Shown one piece after another: positions 12,481 to 24,113 of a stretch of 64,000 nucleotides of DNA. A model generated the notes under the pieces. The model did no database searches. It saw nothing but the letters and a program-made list of their open reading frames with translations, and was not told where the DNA came from. Made by a program: the position numbers and the translations under genes. Within the stretch, counting starts at the first letter, position 1. Every line of letters starts with the position of its first letter. Origin of the DNA: Takakia lepidozioides (taxonomy: Eukaryota > Plantae > Bryophyta); assembly GCA_030704615.1 (NCBI GenBank), contig CM060731.1:93496001-93560000 (forward strand). The letters run 5' to 3'.

Positions 12481-15400
12481 TGGCAGCAGGGCAGGAGGTA
12501 CAGAAAGCCACCGGTTTGCTGGAAATATCAAGCACGCTTCCTGGAGTTAGTCATTCCATTAATCGATGCGTGCTGCAACGAAACGGCAGCATGTCAACGC
12601 AAAAGGTAGCACTTCCCACACTGGTCATGAATCCTGGAGCAGCGGCTCAGTCTTACCACGATCCTTTGGAATTTCTTTCATATTGCACTCCATCCAAGAA
12701 AGGGCGGGGCAAGACCATCAAGAAGTTAGAGAACTTCCGAAAGCTGGAGTGTGATCCTTTGGGCAATTTTTCTGAGAGCACAATGACATCCTTACTTTCT
12801 GAGACGCAGAATGGTGTGTTATTATAAACCTGGTTTTTAAAAGTTGTCATGGCATGTACAAATTCATGTTGGTGGTCTTGGTGTGGATTATCCCAATTTT
12901 TTTTCCCAGTGAGTATCATACCGATGGGGCGTTATGCAGTCGCACAAGGTATTACTTCCGAATCTGATAAACACACAGCGTCTGCGTCCCCAGATTCAGA
13001 TTACTACAGATGGCATCAGGCCACATTTGGGGCTCGTCCATTCTCCATGATCAATTTCATGTGACCAATTCCTGGCTTAGTATTTACCAAGGACGATTTG
13101 AACCTTAAGTTCCAAGGGAATTTTGCAGCAAACCTCCTCGGGCCTATGCCCACCCTGATTAGCTTATAATCTGCTTGATGCCGGACAGAGATTTGCGGGT
13201 CCAAGGGTAAGGTAGATGATTATTCAACTGTCCCTTAAAAGGAACTAGGAACTCTCCAAACCACAGAAAATTGAAAGGAATGATTCTGAGTATCAGGAAA
13301 TTTTGGTTTGTAAGTTTTTTCTCTATTTGTGGAGTGGCTTATCTAGATTCTCGAAGTTCTATGTTAATGGAATGAGGATATTTTGATGAGATTTTCAGAC
13401 CTAAAGCAAGGTGACAGACCAAAGTATTAATTACTTGGTCTGTTGGTCAGTAAACATGAGACCTAATTGATTGTTTCTTGGTTTCTGTTGGTGGTTGGGG
13501 AGAATTGAGGAATTTGTACCATGTAGTCGTAGGCCGTGAGTGCAACCCTAGCATCTGTGATAACAGCCGTATAATCTATTGTTGTGGGATTAATTACGGG
13601 TCTAAAGCAGCAAGCTTGTTTCCAGGAATGCCCCCACGTCCTCGAAGAATCATCCTCATTCGCCATGGGCAGAGTGAAGGGAACATTGACGAGAGTGCTT
13701 ACACACGCATCCCTGACTCCAAGATTGCTCTCACAGAGGAGGGATGGAACCAAGCAGTGCAGTGTGGCCGAAAAATTCGCAGACTTATTGAGACCGATGA
13801 AGATAAGGATTGGCAGGTCTACTTTTACGTCTCTCCCTACCTCCGCACGGTGCTGACATTACGTGGGATTGGCTTGGCATTTGAGCAAGCGCGCATTGCT
13901 GGTGTGCGGGAGGAGCCTCGTTTGCGCGAACAAGATTTTGGTATGTGTTTGCTGTGTCCTGGGCTGTATTGTTGGTCTTTCTCTCTATCCATGCCGTTTC
14001 ATGTGTGTCTATCACTCTGTTTCTTGGACATTTTCTTCTCTCTCTTCCATCATCAAAGAAGCATTCACCCTTGGCAAATCCAGGTGTTGAAATACTTCTA
14101 CGCACAGTTCTTCAGACTGCATAGTAAGGCACATGACAATCCAAATCTTAGATCTTACGAACATGTGGGTATTCTTATTGGATTATGTTGGGTTGGGTAT
14201 GTCCATCCCTTCATCTTAAGTATATCTGTGTGATTGTGTAGCATGTCTGAGAAATGCCTAAGCAGTCAGTTTTATGAGTTGTGCAGGTAACTTCCAAGAT
14301 AGAGAACGAATGCGGTTGGAGAAAGCAGTTCGTATTCGATATGGCCGTTTCTTCTACCGCTTCCCAAATGGCGAATCGGCTGCTGATGTTTATGACCGCA
14401 TCACAGGCAAGTCCACCTGCCTGCTTAACCTGTTTTGGTAAACCCTAGGTCCTTCAATTGGTTGCCTGTACCATCTCATGCCTCTGACTTTCTTTCCTTT
14501 GGTGTGCATGGAGAGGTTTGCTATCTGAGTCCTCTTAGCATGGCATCAGGCCTTAAAAGTTTTTTATGAAGGTCTCACTTTCTCTAATCTGAGATCACTG
14601 GTCGATTTCCAAAATAATCTGCTCTGTTGTTGAGGTTTCCTAGACACAGGTGATCTGATGGGGTGCACAAAACAACTGCAGAACCACGCATCTATTGATT
14701 GTGCTTCAAAGCTAATCCATCTGTTGTCCAGTGTCTAGGGTTTAGCGTATTCCAGTGCGGTCAATGCATCCATAATAGTTGTATCCACAATCTTTTGTAG
14801 GATTTAGGGAGACATTGAGGGCAGATATCGACGTTGGACGCTTCCAGCAGCCTGAAGCACGTTTGAAGAACATGAATCTGATCATTGTGTCCCATGGGCT
14901 CACACTGCGTGTGTTTCTGATGCGTTGGTACAAATGGACAGTGCAGCAGTTTGAAGCTCTCCATAATTTTGCTAACACTGGCATGCTTGTTATGGAGCTT
15001 GGTCCCGGTGGTAGGTATGGCATACTGGCCTCAGTCTCTCCAAGCATACGCTCAAAATTGATCTTCTTTGAGGTCTGTAGGATTGTCGCATAGAGAATCT
15101 CTGTGTCTCTGTCTTGGACACCCTTCAAAACATAAGTCTGCTTGTCCCAAGGTGTGTGGTGTGGGTTATGGTAGAATAAGTACATATTTCTCCGAAGCTG
15201 TGGAAATAATATATGTATAATAAATCATATTCATACTCCTGTTCCCTGAAAGAGCTTTTGGCATGGTTTTGTTGTAGACCAGCCCCTGCGTATATGCTAA
15301 GACTTGTATTCCAATGTTGGTGGGGCTCATTCAGGATGAGCCTTTTACTAGCAGGTTCTTTGTACTGTAGCATATAAGAAAGCGGGGGTTCTGATGGATC

Positions 15401-16817
15401 CAGGTATAGTCTGGCTATGCACCACACTCCTGATGAGCTCCGAGCCTTTGGCATGACCGATGACATGATTGCTGATCAAGAATGGTATGTCTCTCTCTCT
15501 CCCTCTTCTCTCCTCCATATCAAGGTAACTCCCACTACCGGAGTGAGCGGCTCGCTGTTCCCTCTTGTTCTGCCCAAACTGGGCCTTGGGTCTAGGGCCA
15601 CAAGGCTATGGCAAACAGCATCCTATGAGTACAAAGTTAGGCATAGTGCTTCCTGAACTTGTTTCCAGTTTGTGACATGGGTGAGGACCTTAAGGATGAT
15701 CTGATGGGTCTACTTACTCTTGGCACTAGACTAAAATTTAATACTCAGGGCAGGAAGTCTATCTTTGAAAAGAAACAGATGCAGAGAGGAAAGGGAGATT
15801 GTCAATTCCCAATGTGCGGGCAGCCTCAAGATAATATCCATTTTCGGATACAATGTCCGGAGTATTCTCATCAGAGAGCGACCCTCTTCAGGACCATTAA
15901 GAACACAGTCGCTGCGGGAGTTTCACAAACTTCCAAAATCTCAAGGCCAAGCCTTAAGCCCTGGCGCTGTTGGGGTCTAACTGATGGGCAGATCACACAC
16001 AGCAGCTTGATGCTTGTGTGAAGGGCTTTCTAACAAATTGTTTATATCAAGGCCTAAAGCCCTGGCCTTGTTGGGTACTGCTGGGCAGATCACACACTGT
16101 AGATTGATTCTTGTGTGAGGGGCGTTCTGGAGGATATTTGGAAAGCCTGAACAAATTGTTTATATCAAGCCAAGTCCCACTAAGTGTGTGAGCACAAAGG
16201 TAGTGTTTGTTCCCTCTCAAACTGGGCATGGGGTCTATGACCACAAGGCTACGGCAAACAACTTCTTATGAGTACATTTCTCTCTCTCTCTCTGTGCTGG
16301 TGCCATTACTGGGTAGCTTCCTTGATAGTGGCCTCCATCCTAATTGCTACTTGTCACCACTCCTTTTCTAGTTCTCTTCCAGCCTCAAACTGGGATTACA
16401 GCTACAACTGAAAGTCTACTGGTTAAAGGTCCCCAAAAGTCTTAATTGCTCCCTTCCCTTCTACGTCCTTTCCCTCATCTCTTCTTTGTTCTGTGCCCTG
16501 CACAGAGTGTTGAGTAACAAGATTGAGAGAAAAAGAGAAGTCATCATTGCTTGCTGCTTATGGCTCACTAATCTACATCAGATCTAAGAGATGAATTGAA
16601 TATACGAGAAAATCGTGTCCATGTGCGCAGGCAAAAAATTGCACGGCCTGGGGAGTTGAACCATAACTGGTGCACCTCAGGGCCATCTTTTTTCCACCAT
16701 TTTGATGCTGCTGAGAAAGGCCTGGATTTGGACGAAATTCCAGCTGACGTCTTTCGTGGTGTGGTTGAAAATGGTGCTGCTGTACAGCCGGAGCCTCCAA
16801 TTGTTTGGCCTGTTTAA
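12480..16817 (+). CDS. Phosphoglycerate mutase-like (histidine phosphatase, AT74-like) gene. Secure exons: 13626-13940, 14287-14406, 14801-15014, 15404-15484, 16631-16817. The 5' exon(s) from about 12480 are uncertain.
   Basis: RHG motif (IILIRHGQSEGN), VSPYLRT, EPRLREQDFGNFQ, FFYRFPNGESAADVYDR, IIVSHGLTLRVF and WQKIARPGELN. The exons join in frame across GT-AG introns and one GC-AG intron. Confidence 0.9.
15660..15965 (+). mobile_element. Intronic LINE 3' fragment (zinc-knuckle region after RT)
   Basis: CQFPMCGQPQDNIHFRIQCPEY has the C..C...H....C spacing of non-LTR C-termini. It lies inside the last intron. Confidence 0.45.
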
Positions 16818-16944
16818 ATATTGCCAGCCTTTCTACCTCTGTGGCAGGGGTGGAGGCAGAGGTGTGTACTCATGAGAATGTACTCATAAGACGTTGTTGC
16901 CGTAGCCTTGTGGCCATTGACCCCGCGCACAGTTTGTGTACTCA

Positions 16945-16957
16945 TGAGAGAGAGAGA

Positions 16958-16995
<38 letters not shown>
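16945..16995 (+). repeat. (GA)n microsatellite in the 3' UTR region
   Basis: Seen directly. Confidence 0.95.
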
Positions 16996-16997
<2 letters not shown>

Positions 16998-17707
16998 CAT
17001 TAACAGTTCGCAATGGATACTGGCATTGAAATTTTCGGCCCTTGTGGCAGTCGGCGATCTGCAAAACAAACCAGGGGATTTCATCGTCACAGCGTCGTGC
17101 ACGGTGACAATCTTCCAACTCAAGGGGGGTTGAATGAGAGAGTATTTTGCTCTTTGACAGTACTAATGGTAATGTGGCCAGGACCAATTTTGGACCAGCC
17201 TGGTCTGCCGTGACGCTGGTGCACAGCCAACAACCACCTTTGTTGCACACTGAGGGAACGGGAATTCGACAAAAGGGTCAGCCTCTATTTTTCAAGAATG
17301 GAAGCATAGTTGGGAGATCCTTAATAGTTGCTATTCTTGCAACGGAATCACATGTCACTTGTCCTTAATTGGAGGAGAAGTGTTCTTAGTTAAAAGCTTG
17401 GGTGTGCCGTGTGTCTTAATATGGAGAATGTGGATATTCTGACCTACCTGATCCTTAGCACTTTTCTAAGACAAAAGGTAAGGTTGACTTTGGTCCTTCG
17501 GCCTTAGAGGATGTCACTTGTATCTTTCTCTGTTGTTTTTATCAAAAATATGAGTGGCTGCCTGACATGATATGATGGCATCACAAATACGCAGCAATAT
17601 TTTATCTATCTACAGCAGATGAGTTCTGAGGCTGAAGATGAAGACAAATAAAATGTAGGTTCAGTCCTTCCTTGGGGTGTAATGACCATAGCTTCGGTAA
17701 TAGTCAT

Positions 17708-19520
17708 TGTCATGGTTTTAGTTATGGTTAATTAAAATTACCTATTTTTAGTTAACTTTGGTTATTTATATTTATATTTTGTGTGTTGGGATTTCATTTG
17801 GTCTCATATGTCAAGTGAGGTGTCAAGCCTCACTTGGGACATGAGGATGGGTTTTACCCTTGTGAGGGTTGAGGAGGGCTCTATCTTCTTGTAGTTGAGC
17901 TTCCATGAGCCTCTCTCACCTCCATAGCTCTAGGTATTGAGAGGGAGTGTGTTGAGGGCTTTGGGTGGATTTCTTTAGCAAAGGTGCCCTTGGCTTAATT
18001 TAATTTATGTGATATAGTGGATTTCACTTGGAAGGACTAGGGCTTGTTTTTAGTGTGATTGCCTCATGCTTAGAGAGTTTTCATTGTCTTCCACTTCCCT
18101 CATTTCTCATCTCTTATCACTACAAGAAGATCTCCTTATGCTTGTGAGTGCGGAGTGTAAGGATTAGTTTTGCACTTATATGTTAAGGAGGTAGAGGCTA
18201 GGAGAATTTAGCTCTTTCACAAGGGGTTGCAAGGAAAGATGCTTGGGTGTTGCATGCACCAAGGAGTTGGAGAGCTAGAGAAGAAAACTCTTGAGTCACA
18301 AGATTTTGCAAAGATTGCAAGGAGGAAGTCTTGTGTGTGTGGAAGCATGGATTCTAGGGTTTGAGAATCATTTTTATGCATTATGGAGTCAATGGTGTAT
18401 GCCATGGCATGTGGAGAATGACTAAATGGTTGTTAGTGCTCATTTCACTAGCAATCTAGGGTTAAGCAAGCTCAAGTGTGGATGTTGTGGAAGAGAAGCT
18501 AAGGAGCTACATAGGCTTGGGCTTTAAGACAACAAGGGCATGCACTTGGAGAGCATTAGGAAGCTCAAGAGGTTAGAAGGGCGGCATGTGGAGGAATCTT
18601 CCAATCATGGTGGTGTGGAGCCAAGCTTAGGGCATTGGAAGAGCTTAGAGAACTAATTGTGGGAGGTTCTTGAAATGAGATCATCATTCAAAGTTTTCAT
18701 AGCTCCACCCTAACTATGTAATGTGCCAAGATGGGGAGGCAATGCCCGGCTATTCATGCTCCTAGTAGTGTGAGGTTTGTGGTGGATTGCTCTTGGTGAA
18801 GCAAATGGTTGACAAGCAAGTGGTGCATGTGCGGAACATGCTTCCCAAGTGTGGCTTCCAACTTCAAGCTTGAGGAGAGCTAGAACGTGAAGGAAACAAG
18901 TTGATTCCCGTGTGTATAAGGTGATGCATATGTGGAACATGCTTTTGGCTTGAGCTTTGCAATTTCAAGCTTGAGCGGAGTGGCTCTTGAACTAGCAAGA
19001 GGTGAAGGCCTTAAGATCCATTTGTGTGTGAAGTGGAGAGGTGTTGATTCATGTTATAATGAAGGAGAATAACACATAGGCCGAGAGGTCATGGAATATG
19101 CATTCAAATGACCAAGGGGAGCACATGGATGATGAATGAGAGCAAGATCCCAAATGAGGCATATGACGTGAGAGTGGGATCCAAGGCGGATTGCTTGGGA
19201 TCATTATTGTAAGTGTCAAGCATTGCTCCTACACATTGAGATAATTTGTATCGATTTGGAGCAATTGTCAAATGATGATGAGACAAATGCATGATTGTTC
19301 GACAATGGAGATATGATAGTTTGCAATCAAATCCCAAGGACTAGAAGGGGGATTGATTTGGTGGCCAATGCATACTAGTTGAGTTGGAGACACTTGTAGC
19401 TTGAGGTGAAGAAGGTCAAGGAAATTTGCCTTGGTATCCCATAGAATTCATGGATGTTTGAGAGGATTAAGCATAGAGCTCAAGGAGCACAAACCCTAGC
19501 TTGGTAAGGCTAAACCTCAA
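17708..19520 (+). mobile_element. 5' fragment of the same Gypsy family (copy 3): A1 repeat 17708-18119 plus leader
   Basis: Starts with TGTCATGG and matches the A2 of copy 1. A ends in TTATCA, as in copy 2. The leader ends AAACCCTAGCTTGG..GCTAAACC, like 34940-34966. Confidence 0.85.
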
Positions 19521-19529
19521 CTCAGGGTC

Positions 19530-19775
19530 TGTTGTTCATGACAAAGCATATCAGGTTACAGTGGGCAATTTCCCAGATTGCACTTGTCCTGATTTTGTAA
19601 CCATGCGTGAGGGCAGTCTCGAAAAAATAGGGAAGTGGGTCCCCTGTAAGCGTCTGTATTACATATATCTTGTGAGGATGTACTACGACCCTAAGATAGA
19701 CCAATTCATTCACCAGGCAACACTAGGTTACAATGAAGTTGATACTCTTTTGCAGCGGGATACCTCGCTTGAGTG
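19530..19775 (+). pseudogene. SWIM zinc-finger fragment, probably TE-derived
   Basis: YQVTVGNFPDCTCPDF...WVPCKRLYY fits the CxC...CxH pattern, with the His replaced by Arg. Confidence 0.6.
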
Positions 19776-20080
19776 GCTTGTCTTTCAACTCTTTGGGATC
19801 ATGTCCACGTGCAACCATGGATCCCAAGTACCAAGCTACCACAAGTGATGCTGCCTCCCCAACTCCACTACACAAGCGCCTCTGCTCCCACCGTCCAGCA
19901 CCAAATGTGCACGAAAACAACAACAAGATTGCCATCAAATGACTGACACCCAGGATGGAGTACTGTCTATACCTCCTCGGCCCATGCCAGCAGCGGTCTC
20001 CGCCAGTGCCTTCCGTGATGACAACAGAGAAATTACCCCCGCTCCATCGGATTCAAAATGAATTTCGCGAATAGCAACCC

Positions 20081-20600
20081 ATGGAGGTCAGTAGCAAAAA
20101 TGCAGCCCAGCACCTTTGGTATGGTTTCCAAAATATGGAACTCTACGCTTACGAGACCAATGCACCCTTAATCACGAAAAACCGTACTATGGAGCAATTG
20201 TTGTTGTTGGGCATCCCACCCTCTCAATGCGATGAACTCATTCACTGCAAGAAAGCGTTTCCAAAGGTTCCACCTTACACAGTTGCACGCAGTTGCCTAA
20301 AGGTACGATCGTCAATGAAGCCACTGGCCTACCCACCAATCCTTACCATGTCATGATTCGCTTTGATACAAATGTTGAGCTACATAAGGACATGATTCTC
20401 ACTAGAGCGACCCAACGCTTTTTGGATATGGATATTCCACTAGGCAGTGTCTTAATTGCCCCCATCTCTGTTTACTCTAAACCAGCAACACAGATCTGGT
20501 CCGGCCTAATCAAAGTTGAGCTTCTGCATCCTGAAATCGACAGGTTAGCCCTACTCAGAGGCGACCCACCGTTCGTACTCGAAATGGAGCCTAGAGTCAA
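20081..20600 (+). pseudogene. Decayed ORF, possibly a LINE ORF1 fragment
   Basis: Two overlapping protein-like ORFs (20081-20356, 20293-20600) joined by a frameshift; no diagnostic motif. Confidence 0.3.
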
Positions 20601-22586
20601 GCTACAACGGAAGGTGGAAAATGCCTTAATACCAACCGATATGAAACCTAACCGCCCATTCACATTTGGTGCACTTTTCATCCCTACACATTTGAATTTC
20701 GGTGCCGAAATTCATCCGGTGCAAGTGATTCATCCGTCATGTACACAACGTTCATCCGAATTTTGGTGCCGAAACACATCCATAGAAATCCCAAACTCGC
20801 TAAAATGGGGACATTTCATCCCTATTTTGGCGCCGAAATTCATCGTATGTGGACCGTTCATCCATGATGTGGGAACACATCATCCCTTCTTACATGTTGT
20901 ATATATTCTCCTCGGACCATCTCTCCCTCTACTTCACCGACGATGTGTTGTAGGGTACCATAGACACACAACTCGAGTGCTTTAGCCGGTCGATGTCCCC
21001 TGGCAGTGTTGGCCTCACAACAGGAAGGCTGACCATGTGACACAAATGAACTTTGAGGTTTTTTGGATACACCATAAAACCCAAAATGCGCCCAATGTTG
21101 TTATGTGTCTCTGCCAACAACCTATTTGCTGCAATGTTCATGTCTCGTGCTAACATGAGCATGCCCGCCACCAGTTTCTCACTTCTCTGACCATCTTGTT
21201 GATCTGTAGGATCGGATGAATCCCTTGCACCAAATGAATTTCAGCGCCGAAATACCAATGTGTAGGGATGAGAAGTGCACACCTAACGGTTCAATGTCAA
21301 TGGGCGGTTGGGTTTGATGATATGCGGATAATGCGACAGATCCGGGCATAGAATCCAGTGGTGTGCACGGTATTTCGGCACGGAAATTCGGATAATGCGT
21401 CCAACACGGTGTCCATCTGTCTGCTTCCCATAACTTGCACTGGTTGTACATATCAGGGGTCGCAATCTCTTTACTGCCCACACGGCGGGACGTTACCCGA
21501 AAGAGGCAATGCTTCGGTAGACGTGGCGCTTCCACAATTTCTCATATACTCGTCTACACTCCCTCCATATTCTACTGCTTCGCAATGTCGCTCCTTCCCC
21601 CTTCTGTGTTCATCTGTTTTCTACATTGCTTCTCCTTATGAAACTTAGTGATAGTGTAGAGTTTGTGGAAGGTCAGTCGACTCCCGCGCAGAGAAGGAGG
21701 GCACAAAACTTTGGGAAGCCGCCCACGACACGACTGAAGCTGAAGCTCCACCTCATGCAGGAGATGCAGAGCTCGTTCTCTGGAGACTTGGATCGCCCTC
21801 CAATGAGAGCTTCGTGCTTCGCAGATGTGAAGCCGTCCATACGCACTCTTCCTTTTACACTCTTATCTTTCCGTGCAGTATGCCATGTTTTCCTGTTTGT
21901 TTGACAAGGGCACTGGAGAGGGATCGCAGGGGGTCGGCGCAACCCAGTCTACTTTGAAGACTCCAACGTATACTGCGTTCGCAAGCGGGAGTTGCATCCA
22001 AGCAGGGGACTCCTCGCAAGACACCTCAAAAATCGCCCCAAAGAAGTCCGCCTAGAGTCCACAAGCAGAGGAAGCAGAAGGAGCCCATGACTTCATTTGT
22101 GAAGCCCCTTGGGAGATTGGAAGCGGAGATTTTGGATTTCGAGCCTGTTTCCCAAGTCACTGGAGGGATGGAGGCCGCAGAGATGGAGAAGTTGGCTCTG
22201 CACAAAGACGGCCCATTGTGCTGAACGAAGATGACGATGAAAACGTGGTGTCATTGGACGACTTCCCAACAGAGCAGAATGCATTGGAGCTCACTGAGGA
22301 GCAACTGCCTTCAAACATGATTTCGTTGCCCTCTGGGTTCGAAGCCTCAACCTCCAACATGATTATCAAACTTCGAGTAGGCTCCACTTGCTGTCGTACG
22401 GGGTCCAGACGAGGAAGTACGCGTCGCCTTGGTGGCCCATCGTCTCGAGGGTATTTGTGGTGTCTAGCCGTATGGTCCCTACTATGACTGGACATCTTCG
22501 TTTTCCGACCTCCTCGTATCGAACACTTGAATTGCGCCCCAAGCTTTGAATCTTCTCTTGTTGGGGCAGTTAAATGCTATGTGATC

Positions 22587-23518
22587 TTATTCTCCGCAAT
22601 AAAGGCACAATTCATCCGAGCGCCGTCTTTGTTTTTTTTGTGGCGTCAATGGCTTGAATTGGACAGTATCAATCTGCATGGGATCACTACCGGATGTCTG
22701 ATGGATTGTTGTGTTTGGTGCCGTAGTAGCAGCGGCATGATGCGTCGTCGACCATCTAGATCGCTTCTCTTGATGTCTTTCGAACAAACGATTATCGCAT
22801 GCAATGACTTGGGTGATGAATTCGCTCAGTGTACTCACGTTTGGCATTGTCAGCAACAAATCTTTTACATCCTCTTTTAGCCTACATCGAAACTGACTAA
22901 TGAGGCTCTTCTCATTTCAGTCGAGGTCGCACGCAAGTTGTCGAAATTCGGCAGCATAAACGGAAGCAGGACGTGCTTCTTGTCGAAGATTTCGCATCTT
23001 TGTCTTTGCAACTCTCTCTCTAGCATTCTCTCCAAACGTTGCAGTGAACTCGGACATGAACGCTTCAAAATTGTATAATAATTGCGAATTTTTTCTAATA
23101 GCGGTGCAAACCAAGATATGACAGTGCCTGATAGAAGGGTGCCCACGAATCCCACTTGAATACCTTCATCGGGGTAACGTTGTGGATGTAGTCGTAGGAA
23201 CAGTCGTACTTGTTGAACAAAACCGCGAAATCTTGTTCTCGTCCCATCAAATTTCTCGGGCATGCAGATCTTTGGTTCTCTCGTAATCTGTTGAAGATGA
23301 ACCGTTACAGTAAGAGCTGTTGTAGTATGGACTCGTATGGTTGAAGATTCATTGTTCGATTCCTTTAACTCTGAAATTTGTTGTTGCAAATTGTGGAGAG
23401 CGTTGCCAAAATCTTGAGACTGATCAGCTTGTAATTGGGCGGTAGAGGTACGAAGTTCTTGCATCTGGAGCTGAAGACTGTGCAAGGTGGCGACCATTTT
23501 CGCAAATGTGTCTTCCAT
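22587..23518 (-). pseudogene. Retrotransposon gag, frameshifted
   Basis: ORFs 22877-23518, 22917-23114 and 22587-22859 together give a capsid domain and the start of a CCHC knuckle. Confidence 0.85.
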
Positions 23519-23556
23519 CTTAACTAACTAAAGAACAAACTTGAGTCTCGCCAAAC

Positions 23557-24113
23557 TGTCATAAACAAGAACATGACTGAACACAAACAAGAGATCAGAC
23601 TAGAGGTACACGACTAGACAAGAAGTCAAGGTCGGCGTGGCCGAATGCATGATAGCTAAACATGAATCAAGATGATCTTTATAACAATGGACAAGAGTAC
23701 AAGATATTGGAACTCGACTTGAGTATTGGAATGCTGAAAACTGGACTGGAGTACCAGATTCTGGAAACTGGACTGGAGTACTGGGACTGGAAACAAGAGT
23801 AGCTTCAACTTGTGTTGGCGAGACGAGGAGTGTCCAGTCTCGCCTTCTACATATACTAGCTACTAGGAAGTTCTTAAGAAGTTTTCCCAATATAGGTTTC
23901 TTGATGGAGAAGTTTCCTCCAAAGGAAGCTTCCTGAGCAGTTTCCCAAATTACTCTCGATAATTTGGTAAACTCCTGGCAACTTGGTAACTAATGGTAAT
24001 TTATGATAAATCATGATAAATCATGGTAAATCATTATAACTTTTGGTAACATGGTAACTTGATAACTGTTGGTATTTACTCCTGGTAAGTTCCTCTGGGC
24101 TATGTCCGTGACA
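23557..24113 (-). repeat. 5' LTR (557 bp)
   Basis: TGTCA/TGACA inverted ends, a TATA-like box near 23848-23855, and gag starting about 40 bp downstream. Confidence 0.75.

Larger units (their letters stand above)
22560..24113 (-). mobile_element. 5' part of a Tf1/Tcn1-like chromoviral Gypsy element: LTR plus gag, truncated
   Basis: LTR 24113-23557 reads TGTCAC...ATGACA. Gag starts at 23518 (REPKICMPEKFDG...WFAPL; LRQ...YAAEFRQL; DPMQID; LCLYCGE). Confidence 0.85.

Noticed and set aside
18118-18132. CACTACAAGAAG resembling a CACTA TIR
   Set aside because: It lies at the A1/leader boundary and covaries with its complement in A. The copy 2 equivalent is CACTCGAG.
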